Shown in pieces: positions 25,621 to 38,579 of a stretch of DNA of 64,000 nucleotides. Positions within the stretch are counted from its first letter, which is position 1, and each line of letters begins with the position of its first letter. The notes beneath the pieces were generated by a model. The model was not told the origin of the DNA. It made no database searches and saw only the letters and a program-made list of their open reading frames with translations. The translations under genes and the position numbers were made by a program. The stretch is from Octopus sinensis (lineage: Eukaryota): the NCBI RefSeq assembly GCF_006345805.1, contig NC_043003.1, forward strand, positions 86,242,001 to 86,306,000. The letters are read 5' to 3'.

Positions 25621-26206
25621 ATAGAAATATTAAAATTACTAAGTCTCTCTAAAAGAGAACACGGCAGCGTTCCTGGAAATTAATAGTTATCGCCATACTA
25701 ATATGGCATTCTTATAAAAATAAGAATAAAGCTGTCCGCTTATTAGCTCCATGAGGCCATCGCCTTAAGTTAGCTATTTGATACACAAACTGTATCCATA
25801 TAACCTTCGAACAAGGGAGGTCAGTCGCTCCACACTACTTGATCGACAGCTACAGACGCGTTTCGGGGTATTGCCCCTTGTCAATGTAGCGTAGTCAGAC
25901 CAGTAGGTGTCGCTTCCGACTATCTCTGTTCGAAGGTTTTATTTACCTAGTTTCGGTGGAATACATCCACTTGTTTTCAATAATAGAAATATTAAAATTA
26001 CTAAGTCTCTCTAAAAGAGAACACGGCAGCGTTCCTGGAAATTAATAGTTATCGTCATACTAATATGGCATTCTTATAAAAATAAGAATATGGATACAGT
26101 TTGTGTATCAAATAGCTAACTTAAGGCGATGGCCTCATGGAGCTAATAAGCGGACAGCTTTATTCTTATTTTTATAAGAATGCCATATTAGTATGGCGAT
26201 AACTAT
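25621..26206 (-). mobile_element. Young non-coding hammerhead-bearing element: 362-bp unit, partial second copy and 5' inverted segment (retrozyme/PLE pLTR-like)
   Basis: 25621-25728 repeated at 25983-26090 (1 substitution); 26089-26206 is the reverse complement of 25683-25800; flanked by (TA)n on both sides. Confidence 0.85.
25849..25890 (-). ncRNA. Minimal type I hammerhead ribozyme with U3-A8 covariant core
   Basis: Minus strand GCTACA-TTGACAA-GGGG-CAATA-CCCC-GAAA-CGCG-TC-TGTAGC: perfect 6-bp helix I, 4-bp helix II, palindromic helix III ACGCGT, GUC site. Confidence 0.75.
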
Positions 26207-26326
26207 ATATATATATATATATATATATAAGGTTAATCCAAACGGGAAAACAGAAAAAACAACAACACGTGGAACAATTACAGTATGGTTATTATTAGGC
26301 GCTCAGGAAAATGGAAGAAGGAGGGT

Positions 26327-26360
26327 ATGACGTTTCGAGCGGAGCTCTTCGTCGGAAACA
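26327..26360 (-). other. Decayed minimal hammerhead-like motif in a PLE-type terminal repeat remnant
   Basis: Minus strand CCGACGA-A-GAGC-TCC-GCTC-GAAA-CG-TC; U4C change and broken helix I. Confidence 0.45.
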
Positions 26361-26461
26361 TAGGAGAAAGAAAGATCCCGAGACGGGAGGACAGAGGAAA
26401 AAAAATTGCAGGTAGTCTTCACGAGGTCACATACTAAAAAGACATATATATGTGTGTGTGT

Positions 26462-26610
26462 GTACGACGGGCTTCCGTCAGTTTCCGTCTGCCAAATACA
26501 CTCACAAGGCCTTTGTTGGCCCCGAGGTTATAGGAGAAAACGCTTGTCAAAGGTGCCACGCAGTGGGACTGAACCTAGAACCACGTGGCTGGAAAGCAAA
26601 CTTCTCACAC
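26462..26610 (-). mobile_element. SINE family B head fragment
   Basis: ACGACGGGCTTCCGTCAGTTTCCGTCTGCC..CCACGCAGTGGGACTGAACC. Confidence 0.8.
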
Positions 26611-26884
26611 TAGCACGCGCTCGCCCATATATATGTGTATACATATGTGTGTGTATGTGTGTTCGTGTGCGTGCATGTGCTTTATATTTTAATTGCACTT
26701 CATTTTAGGAGCTCCGATGAAGCTATGGGGTGATGTACGAGCACTCAGCTCGGAGTGCACTAGCTTATAACTTTACTTTGTCATTTATATAATGTCATCT
26801 TATATATATATATATATATTCGTTGTCTATTTACTTTTTATACATGTTAGCCACTGGTGGTGATATTTATAACGAGTATTCGCC

Positions 26885-26924
<40 letters not shown>

Positions 26925-28500
26925 CACAGTACAATTACATATATGATGTGTTTTATTTTTCTTTTATGTTTGCAAAACTGCAAGACTAACAAATTAGAAC
27001 TATAAAACACTAAACTACTTATTCTGTTCATATAATCACCAAAGATTCCAATCGTATTCAGATGTTTTAAAGCTATATAAATTCTCCCAACTGCATTTGA
27101 GTTAGTTGAAAAAAATAGGACCAATCTACTGATGGAAAATGAATTCGTTAAATATAATAGGAATTGCCGAAACAAGGATCATTTCAAAATTTACCTGTTA
27201 GAGTTACATTTAAACATGACTTATGAACTCATTGATTAATAAAATTAGAAATAACCTCGACATTTTCAGTTTTGTATTTTCATGTGCATATTTGGTTATG
27301 TAAGACATAGGGGGATGATATTCCTCCCTCAGGTAGAATTCTACTTTTGATCGGATAAAGTTTATTACTGCTATTTATCTTATCGACTTTTGTAGGAAAA
27401 AGTCAGAAGATGTTCAAAATGGTGAAGTTTCGCAGTTAAATACCGAAACGCATTTATTTCGATGCTCCATTGTCATGATAAGAAACAACTAACAAATAAA
27501 TAAACTACAATAAAAGAAGAAAATATAAAAGTTGTAAAAACTTACAATTCTTTTAGTTTTGGAAGGTTAGCAAATGCATAGTCTGGAAGTTGGTAGATGT
27601 TGTTTACACTGAGATCTCTGCAAGAAGAGAGTGACACAAGATGTAGTGTTAGCTTTGAATCCGATAGTTTGAAAGCAATTTACGTTTCTTTAGAAATGAT
27701 ACAGTGTATTGCAGCAGCTGCCGTTAAAGACATCTAAGTGCTAAAAGGTACAAGCATGACAAAATATATTCAGTGTAATAGGAGTAAGAAATCGACTTTT
27801 TAAGCAATATTTAAATCAGAGATTTTCTTTAGCAAATCGATAACTTTCAAAAGCTATAGAAAATAGATCAAGAGCCGATAATATCTAGAGGTAGAACTGT
27901 AAGAAAAAAAGCAGAAATATCAAATTCAATCACATAGTGATTGGCTCAGCATCTTTTATATCACCCCAGATTAATGCTATGAACTACATATAAATAGATA
28001 TCATACAAATTAGTCTGTTAGACAGGTATTACATTAATGTAAGTTTAAAATTATGTAACATTTTAGTATTGATTTCTGTCTTTTATGCTTTAGAAGTAGA
28101 GCTTCTATTTTCCATTTTATATGTAAATCAAGACAACTGCACCAGATAGCGTTGACATTTAACAGCGAAATTCGAATTAATCCAGAGACTTTATTTCGTA
28201 AATATTTTAGAATATATATAATGATATCAAATAATTAAAGAGATCTTAGCAAAATTAGTATCAACATAATGATTCAATAATGCTTGAGAGTGTATAAATA
28301 AGTAATAACATTTAAGTGATGGGAAAAAAACTCCAACCATATTGATGTAATTGTAAAATCAATCTTGCAGCGAATGAAACAGTAATTGTACGGGAAAACT
28401 TATTGCGATGATGAAAACGGCAGATGTGTTACTAACACCTATTAAAATTTTGAGTAGAATAAAAATAATTATTATAAATAAATAAATAAATAAATATATA

Positions 28501-28901
28501 GAGTGGCTGTGTGGTAAGTAGCTTGCTAACCAACCACATGGTTCCGGGTTCAGTCCCACTGCGTGGCATCTTGGGCAAGTGTCTTCTGCTATAGCCCCGG
28601 GCCGACCAATGCCTTGTGAGTGGATTTGGTAGACGGAAACTGAAAGAAGCCTGTCGTATATATGTATATGTATATATATATGTATGTGTGTGTTTGTGTG
28701 TCTGTGTTTGTCCCCCTAGCATTGCTTGACAACCGATGCTGGTGTGTTTACGTCCCCGTCACTTAGCGGTTCGGCAAAAGAGACCGATAGAATAAGTACT
28801 GGGCTTACAAAGAATAAGTCCCGGAGTCAATTTGCTCGACTAAAGGCGGTGCTCCGGCATGGCCGCAGTCAAATGACTGAAACAAGTTAAAGAGTAAAAG
28901 A

Positions 28902-28902
<1 letters not shown>
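28501..28902 (+). mobile_element. SINE family B, near-consensus full-length copy
   Basis: GAGTGGCTGTGTGGTAAGTAGCTTGC...GGCCGCAGTCAAATGACTGAAACAAG. Confidence 0.93.
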
Positions 28903-28980
<78 letters not shown>

Positions 28981-28988
<8 letters not shown>

Positions 28989-29482
28989 TAAAACTGTAGT
29001 TGTGTGAGTGTCTGTCCCCTTCGATTTAGATTCCTAACTACTCCGATATTTTGCGGTGCAGTTTAACCAAATTCGGTTAACCAGAGCCCGTCTGAGTATT
29101 AGCGCGCGTCTACGATGAGTCTACGATTTAAAAAATAATTTAACATCATTTTTATTCCATTTTAATGCATATTATTCCATTTTAATGCATAATTTTTCGT
29201 GTGTCGATGGCGGCGAAGTTGGCGTCCATGGTCACACCTGCACCTGTTTGCTTCTCCCCTCCCTCGTGAAGCTGTGGGGAAGGGAGTGTAAGGAAATCAA
29301 CGTCGTAAAGCGTTGTCAAGGAGACCAGCGTTCTTTTAGAACAACGACTTCATGGCTTGAAGACACCAAAACAGAAATGGCTAAGAAAGCCCGAATTGGC
29401 ATCTATAAGGGAAGTAACTCTCTAAAAATGCTTATATAGTTATTTCCCTTACAAACCCGAGCAACGCCGGGCGATACTGCTA

Positions 29483-29483
<1 letters not shown>
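28981..29483 (+). mobile_element. Non-autonomous Helitron-like element, copy 1
   Basis: Starts at (TA)nAAAACTGTAG; ends with subterminal hairpin CCCG-AGCAACGC-CGGG, a short spacer and CTAG|T (29480-29484). Confidence 0.65.
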
Positions 29484-29573
<90 letters not shown>

Positions 29574-29600
29574 TATATAAATATATATATATATATATAT

Positions 29601-29847
29601 ACCACCTTCATCACCTTGACCGACCAGTCCGTCGGGTGTCCATTTGACACCGCTGGTCAAAGCACGCTGTACACTCCTCTCTCATCGACGTGATCCCAAT
29701 CGGCCCCCTGAAATCGTAACTCCACCGTCGTGGAGGCCTTCTGAGTGGTCGTTTCCGCTCGCGCGGGTACCACTCGACAACTGCGCGGGTGCACCGATTA
29801 TCGGCGAGCCGGGCGACGTGTCCAGCCCATCTAAACTTAAATAACAT
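29601..29847 (-). mobile_element. RTE-clade LINE 3' end, copy 1
   Basis: FRWAGHVARLADNRCTRAVVEWYPRERKRPLRRPPRRW; 3' stem-loop GACCAG..GGTGTC-CATTT-GACACC..CTGGTC. Confidence 0.85.
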
Positions 29848-29850
29848 ATA

Positions 29851-29919
<69 letters not shown>

Positions 29920-29932
29920 ATCTATCTATCTA

Positions 29933-29972
<40 letters not shown>

Positions 29973-30314
29973 ATACATATATATATAATTTTTAATTCCA
30001 TTAGACATTCTAAAATACTATTAAATTTCATTCAATTTTAAAAAAGGTAAAATTGGAGAGAACTTATGGGATGACCTGATATATGTACGTGAGTGTGTGT
30101 TTGTGTGTGTGTGTAATGTAAATTAAGCGAAGAAATAATACTACATGCACTTCGTTGACAATGCTTTTAGGACGTTATTATTAGAACCGGTTAGGTAAGT
30201 TATATTTTATCGAAAAGTTATACGATTTTAAGTTACCTGTGTTGTATATATATATATGTATATATATATATTATATATATATATATACTATATATACATA
30301 TCATATATATATAT

Positions 30315-30347
<33 letters not shown>

Positions 30348-30376
30348 TATATAATATATATATATATATATATATA

Positions 30377-30401
<25 letters not shown>

Positions 30402-30411
<10 letters not shown>

Positions 30412-30904
30412 AAACTGTAGTTGTGTGAGTGTCTGTCCCCTTCGATTTAGATTCCTAACTACTCCGATATTTTGCGGTGCAGTTTAACCAAATTCGTTAA
30501 CCAGAGCCCGTCTGAGTATTAGCGCGCGTCTACGATGAGTCTACGATTTAAAAAATAATTTAACATCATTTTTTATTCCATTTTAATGCATAATTATTCC
30601 ATTTTAATGCATAATTTTTCGTGTGTCGATGGCGGCGAAGTTGGCGTCCATGGTCACACCTGCACCTGTTTGCTTCTCCCCTCCCTTGTGAAGCTGTGGG
30701 GAAGGGAGTGTAAGGAAATCAACGTCGTAAAGCGTTGTCAAGGAGACCAGCGTTCTTTTAGAACAACGACTTCATGGCTTGAAGACACCAAAACAGAAAT
30801 GGCTAAGAAAGCCCGAATTGGCATCTATAAGGGAAGTAACTCTCTAAAAATGCTTATATAGTTATTTCCCTTACAAACCCGAGCAACGCCGGGCGATACT
30901 GCTA

Positions 30905-30905
<1 letters not shown>
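30402..30905 (+). mobile_element. Non-autonomous Helitron-like element, copy 2
   Basis: Same as copy 1; CTAG at 30902-30905. Confidence 0.65.
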
Positions 30906-30985
<80 letters not shown>

Positions 30986-31011
30986 CATATATATTATATA
31001 TATATATATAT

Positions 31012-31258
31012 ACCACCTTCATCACCTTGACCGACCAGTCCGTCGGGTGTCCATTTGACACCGCTGGTCAAAGCACGCTGTACACTCCTCTCTCATCGAC
31101 GTGATCCCAATCGGCCTCCTGAAATCGTAACTCCACCGTCGTGGAGGCCTTCTGAGTGGTCGTTTCCGCTCGCGCGGGTACCACTCGACAACTGCGCGGG
31201 TGCACCGATTATCGGCGAGCCGGGCGACGTGTCCAGCCCATCTAAACTTAAATAACAT
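31012..31258 (-). mobile_element. RTE-clade LINE 3' end, copy 2
   Basis: Duplicate of 29601-29847. Confidence 0.85.
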
Positions 31259-31261
31259 ATA

Positions 31262-31387
<126 letters not shown>

Positions 31388-31889
31388 CATATATATATAA
31401 TTTTTAATTCCATTAGACATTCTAAAATACTATTAAATTTCATTCAATTTTAAAAAAGGTAAAATTGGAGAGAACTTATGGGATGACCTGATATATGTAC
31501 GTGAGTGTGTGTTTGTGTGTGTGTGTAATGTAAATTAAGCGAAGAAATAATACTACATGCACTTCGTTGACAATGCTTTTAGGACGTTATTATTAGAACC
31601 GGTTAGGTAAGTTATATTTTATCGAAAAGTTATACGATTTTAAGTTACCTGTGTTGTATATATATATATGTATATATATATATTTATATATATATATATA
31701 CATATATATACATATTCATATATATATATATACATATACACATATGCATATATATATATATATATACATATATACATATATATATATATATAATATATAT
31801 ATATATATACATATTCATATATATAGACATATACACATATGCATATATATATATACAGATATATAAATATATACGCATTTATGTTACAA

Positions 31890-32340
31890 GCCCATGGGGT
31901 GCTTTATCCATTCACCAATGTAAATGGGGTCTTGGCTTAGAGGAACTAACGTCGTCAGACAGTATCCAACGTTCATCAGGTGTTTCGACCTTGAACCGTA
32001 ATATCCTCCCGTTGGTGGGTCAGCAGATGTGACCAAGTCACTGCTCCTCATCTCTTCCTGGCTTCCAACTTAAATCTTCTCTCTTCTCCAAAGCCAACAG
32101 GAGGCTTTTTCAGCTGCCAAACCCATCGTGCGCACAGCCACCCTTCACTCATTACTTCTAATTCAAATTGTTGTAAGCATTCTCCATGCCGACTGATCAG
32201 GGAATCCCATACATCCAACTTCGACTGGAAAAAGCCATACCTGCCATCCGTTCTCCCTGCAATCCTGCAGAGGGCTCTCACATCTGGCTCGCTTCTGATC
32301 ATGGGCCCCATCATACCCCTTTAACCACGGGACTGTTCAA
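31890..32340 (-). mobile_element. Probable PLE 3'-end remnant with decayed hammerhead-like tail
   Basis: Peptide RTDGRYGFFQSKLDVWDSLISR loosely resembles PLE C-termini; followed on the minus strand by CTGATGA-A..CTGACG-ACG-TT at 31946-31985. Confidence 0.3.
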
Positions 32341-34510
32341 TTACGATATATATATATATATATGTAAAGATAGATAGATATAGATATACATACACATATA
32401 CATACATATATACATACACATATATATGTGTGTGTGTGTGTCTGTGTGTGTGTTTTTGTGCCTATCATGTTGTGCTTGATAAATAAGACTAAAATATATA
32501 CAAAATATAGGACTCAAGTTTCTGATAGAGAAATACGTCTTCTCTAGTCGTACGGGCTATATTTCAAATTATTAAAAAAATTCATAGAAATAAAATAATT
32601 CTGGAATTAGTAAAAGTAGCAGGAATTGACGTTATATCGAACATCGAATAGAAAACACTGCTAAAACTCATTTAGAGAAGAAATATCTACGTCAGGAAAG
32701 ATAAGTACTTTCGAAAAAATATATTGCTTTGTAATTGAAAAAGAAAATGGAATTAATGGATTTATCAGAAGGAGTTAAATACACATGACTGTGCGGTTAT
32801 ATAACCGACCAAGAAATTGAATAATATTATTATCATTCATTTGCCAGATTAGTACAACCAAAGAAGTACTGTGTTCTTTCCTCACATCTATAGAAGAACG
32901 GAATTACTTCATCATACGTTAAGCTCATTCGCTGTAGCATCGACATAGCGGTAAGTACTTTCTAATGTCCGGATTAGTCATTCATATATTACATTTTTAG
33001 GAGGCGGTTCTTATTGTGTAGATGACCATCCCAATTGCCGATTACTGAATTTATCTAGATAATTACTGTAGTGGGCTGTGCAGGAATAACATTCTGATAT
33101 ATATGTGCACCGTTGTTGGGAGAATCAGTATTCCTAGTGCTAAACCTAACCTTAACCCTAACACAATGAAACAAAGCGTCATGTTAATAATACTATAATT
33201 ATTACTCAAGCTTTTATTGCAGCTATTAAGTTACTTACTGTCCATTGTACAGTGGCATTATATGCTACGCTCGAAATTGTTGATCAAGAAAGCTAAACGT
33301 TGTTTATCTTATCCAAAGCTCAGAAGAATCTTATCCAAGGCTCAGAAGAATGTGGAAGCAATATTCAAGGATATCCTGCATTATCCTGCAGCATAATCCA
33401 ACTGGAATACGTTATAGGATATTTCGCTTTCCTAGTCAGTTATAACTACCATTGCTTCCCGTTGCATTATGTGTTGATTCGCCTCTGTAAGTTAGGCCGA
33501 ATTTTAGCTGATATTTGCTCGCTCTCCGGTCATAGCTGTTGAAGAATCCATTTTGGGTACGACTATACCCCAAACATTACTTCCGCTAATATTTCGACTA
33601 ATATTTTTTTTTAATGTTGTAAACATTATTTTTGTGACCATTATCCCTGCTGATTATACTGATGTGCTCACCATTATTACAATTATTTAACTTGCTATGC
33701 TTAGCAGGTTTTACTTAGTTTAGCTTCCTAAATGGGTGGGGTTGATCTAATCGCCCGGCCATAGATAGAAAAGTTCTCAAACTATTAGAGATGCTAATCC
33801 AGCCTTAGTATGTGCAACGTTATAGTGGGTTGCATTCTGTGAGGTCCCATCAACTTAGGAAAAGCGGTAGTTGGAAAAGGTTGCTGCTCAGGGATATAAA
33901 TATTTATATATTTATATGTATATACCAATTTTACATAGTTTTAAATCTAGCTCTGTTACAAAGCAATATGGAATGTAAGGAACCTACCTTCACGAAAGTA
34001 AATAATAAACTAAACAATAAAGCAAATATGGTAAAAAGAAATATGTTCTGTTAAATCTGGCGTTAAACAGCGAGCCTATCGATATAGATCGAGTGTTGTA
34101 CGAACAAAATTTGCTGTTATATAATGTTTTCTATGGAAAGTTCTGTCCATTGATAGACAAGTAAAACTCTGTTGTGTAAATTATTGGATATTACTTCTGG
34201 AAAATACCTGTTTCCCCCCAATTTATAATAATTATCATATGGTTCCCCCATAGGAGTAGAGAAAAAAAAATTATATCTGTGTGTGACTAAATATAAGATA
34301 TTGTCATTCTCATAACGATTTCTCTTTCGGTCATTGGGTTCCTATACTTGTCTAGAGCAAATTAATACTTACATGCACACATACATACATACATACATAC
34401 ATGCATACATACATACATAAATACATACATACACACACATATATATACACACGCATATGTATGCGTGTACATGTAGATGAATAGATGTATACCTATATGT
34501 GTGTGCGTTT

Positions 34511-34558
<48 letters not shown>

Positions 34559-34919
34559 ACATATATATATATATATATATAATATATATATATATATAAC
34601 TTGATAATATAGGTTAAAATTAGTAATAATTTTACCCGGTAGCCAGTACGTAACATAAAAACCTTTTAGGTAAATTTTACAAATTATTCTTTAATTATAT
34701 ACATAATTACAACAAGGGGTCAGCTATATTTCTCACCATGTACTGAATTAGAAATAGACGCTAATGCCTTTTTTACAACCATAAAATCTCCGAGAAAATA
34801 ACACACTTTTAATGTAGGCCAAAAAAGAACGATGAATTAACAAGGCCGTGGTTAATTACGTACAAAATTACCTATTATTCTCTTCAGCGTAATATTAATA
34901 TTCCCGGATAAATTCACCA

Positions 34920-34960
<41 letters not shown>

Positions 34961-35705
34961 ATTTTATGCATGCATCTAAGTATTTATATCTGTTTGCATG
35001 TCTGTCTATGTATGCATGTATGTATTTATTTATTCATCTACCTATATATATTTCTATGCACTTGTACGCATTGTGCGTGTATGTAAGTATAGGAAATACA
35101 CACATGAAATATGTAATTATCTTGGCCATTGGCTGATAATATATCAGGAACAGGAACTGAAACCGGTCAACGGAATTGATTTGTGAGAAGCTTAGTGCCC
35201 TAATACGTAGATACAAAGGCAATAAATTACCAAAGATATATGAGAATACACTGGCAGCTTCATGTTTTAGCAGACGCGGCGTAATATTGAATATTAACGA
35301 GCAATTGAACAGTTTTGGCCGAATGCCTGCCTCCATTGTTTGGCCTGAAACGGAATTTCAATCAAATAACAAATCATTAGCGTTATTTTGATCTATTTTC
35401 AGGTCTCTATATAATATAAAGCTATATATTTTGTTATGATCCCTGCTAATGGATGTTACATATTTGCGAGCTTTAAGAGGTGGATAGATAGAATTAGACA
35501 ACCTCATATGTAGTTGTCAACAAGCGGGAAATTTAGAGATATAATTGATACATTCTATTCCAGATTCTCATTTTCGCGCCTCCAGCTCTATCTTACACAA
35601 GCATATATCACGAAATTACAGTCGTTTAACACACAAACACAACAGATAAATAATACATATATACATACATACATATATACATACATACATATATACATAC
35701 ATACA

Positions 35706-35741
<36 letters not shown>

Positions 35742-38165
35742 TATATATGTATGTATGTATATATGTATATATGCATGTATGTATGTACGTATGTATGAAC
35801 GGTCTTACATGCATACATCCATGTGTCTATGGATGACTTTATGTGTATGTGCGTGTGTGTGTATGTGTGCGTGTATGTATTGGTGTATATTTGTATAATC
35901 AGTTTAGCAGACCTTCAGCTTTATGTAAGGCATCAGTAAGGTTGTCAGTTCGGTGCCTTTGTGGGTATGTCAGACCTCCAGCGTATATGTACGTATGCAG
36001 CACCATGGCCTACGAACGGCTAGGAGTACCGCTACACCACATTGGACCGGAACTGTAGAGTCAACTTGACTTCGTTTATTCTTTCTATCGGTGTAGGCAT
36101 TGTCTGTAATGTTAAGATCATTTCAAATTTACAAAGCTTCCAATTCTATTCAAATGTGTGAAATATCGGACAGCTTCTGCTATAATTTGGTGTTTACCAA
36201 AGCCTTGTGATTGTGGATGTCCATAGAAATTCTGTTCTGCGGTGAAACACTTAATGTGATACCTAGTGTAACGCCACAATTAGGTTCTCGGGTTCCTCTA
36301 ACGGAGTCCACTATTTAACAAGCATTCGATACTAGTCTCTGGTGTGGGAATGATTTCCTCTTTTTTTCTTTCTTTCTGAGCTACGTTACCGAGAAACGGT
36401 CATGGTCGTCGCTCTTCCTCCTTTTAACTAAAAATAAAACGGCTGGTATGCAAACTACTTTGCTAAGGTGTCTATTTCTAGTAAGATCGTGCGAACACTG
36501 AATTCTGAGCAACTGGTAACCACATTTTTTTATACGTTTAATTCAGTGTCTCAGAAGAAGTTTTGATATTTGGTTTTACACAAACAAAATGTAATGATTA
36601 AAAAACGCATATTGTGTTAGGGTTTCTAACCATGGAAAAATATATAACAAAAGATTTAGATAAATATTAATTTCTAAATATAACAATAAAAATGCTGCTA
36701 TTCCAATTATATGGAACTTAAAAGGCCGAAGTGAAATGAAAATTTTAGACGCGTCAACTCGTTAAAACTAATAATTGTGCCAACACGTTAAAAATAATAA
36801 TTGCTTCTAAGCACGAAAATCCTTATTTCGTCATTTGGCTTGCTAAAATAGCAGCGGAATAAAATCAAAATTTTCGTCATGTATACTCCATTTTATAAAT
36901 GAAGACTGCAATGAACAATGTAGTTCTCGATATATTATATATGATAATGTAGTCTTTGATAAACTACCTCTGAATAAACGGCAAAATGGTCATGTATAAC
37001 TGAATAAGCGACGAGATGATATACGTTTGATCAGCTCGATAAAGAACTGAGTTAAGGTAAGCAATAAGTACAACCATAATAGTTATCTTTACAATCTTCG
37101 ATATAAATTCGCGTAATTAGGTATGTCGTATTATATAGTGTAACATCTAACATCTACTATGACGTCCGTCAATCAAGTATCCTTACGGTTGTGTAAGCAA
37201 TTATGTTTTTTCAACAAAACTGAAATTGCTACTTAAAGATTAGTCTGAATTAAAGTAACAACGCCTTATTTCTTAAATAATATAAGAGTGTAGCTTAACT
37301 TGTATTTCGGGATGTGCCAGTGAGAGAACCTCTATGTATGTATGTATGTATGTATGTATGTATGTATGTATGTATGTATGTATATGTATGTATGTATGTA
37401 TGTGTGTGTGTATGTATGTATGTATGTATGTATGTATGTATGTATGTAGTATGTATGTATGTATGTATGTATGTATGTGTTTGCTTAATTGTTTAGAAAC
37501 TGCAAAGAATTCTCACACAGAGCACATCCCACCGGCTAAGTAAAGGAAGAAAATATGGTCCTGGATGTGCAGAAGACAGTATGGTTATAGCTGGGGAGCC
37601 TTTCAGCCATTGGTTTGCTCAGAACAGGTTGATCAGGACTCCAATCTTTTTTAGACAGGATCTGAATGCGACACCACAAATAAAATATACAAAATGTCGT
37701 TTATAGTTAGCTTTCAAATGATATAAATGTTAGGAACAAATGAATAAAACAAAAAGCAAACATTTAAATGCCGATCCTTGAATATTTCCCTGATTAAGAG
37801 CATTCGATTTTTTGTTGTTTCTTTACTGAGTTTATTGCGTACAGGATAATGCGTAGAGAAAAGATCGATACTGTTTGAAATGCAATCAAAGAGAAATTGA
37901 GTGATCTAATTTAATGTGTAAACCAACCAACACAGATGTACTGCGACATTTACATTACAAACTGAGCTAGAGTGTGCGAGAGACAGAGACAGAGAGAGAG
38001 AGAGAGAGAAAGAGAGAGTGCGGGAGAGAGAGAAATACAGACAGACAGAGAGAGAGAGAGAGGAGAGAGAGAGAGACGGCGGGAGCAGAGACAACAAGGC
38101 GGGTGAGGATAAAAACGATAGGGTGAATGAACAACAAATATGAGTAACAAAAGATCATAAATAAT

Positions 38166-38545
38166 AACAAGGTTTCAATTTTTGGCGCAGGTCCAGCAGT
38201 TTTCAGGGTTGGGGAAGTCGATTACATCGACTTTTGTACTTGATTGGTAGATATTTCATCAACCCCGAAAGAATCAATGACAGTCGATCTCGGCGCTTTT
38301 GAAGTCAGAATTTAAAGCCAGACGAAATGCCACTGTGCATTTTACAAGGCGTGGTAACGATTCTGTTAGCTTGAAGTCTTAACGACAACTATAGTGATAA
38401 TAACATTTCTACTGTAGGCACAAGACCTGAAACTGGGGGAAGGGCTAATCGATTGCATCGACCCCAGTAGGAACCAGTACGTTGCACTATTTAAATCGTT
38501 AGTATTTTGTCCGGCTTGCTAACGATTCTCCCAGCGCACGCATTA
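38166..38545 (-). mobile_element. Two decayed SINE family A fragments
   Basis: GTCGATTACATCGAC..ACCCCGAAAG..GTCGATCTCGGCG..TAACGATTC, and a second ATCGATTGCATCGACCCCAGT..GCTAACGATTCTCCCAGC. Confidence 0.7.
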
Positions 38546-38579
38546 TATGATGATGATGATGATGATGATGATAACGATG

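Noticed and set aside
33143-33162. CCTAACCTTAACCCTAAC telomere-like motif
   Set aside because: Only about three degenerate units; common inside invertebrate DNA-transposon remnants; no telomeric array.
33307-33350. 22-bp tandem duplication TCTTATCCAA(A/G)GCTCAGAAGAA x2
   Set aside because: Simple slippage duplication with no further structure.
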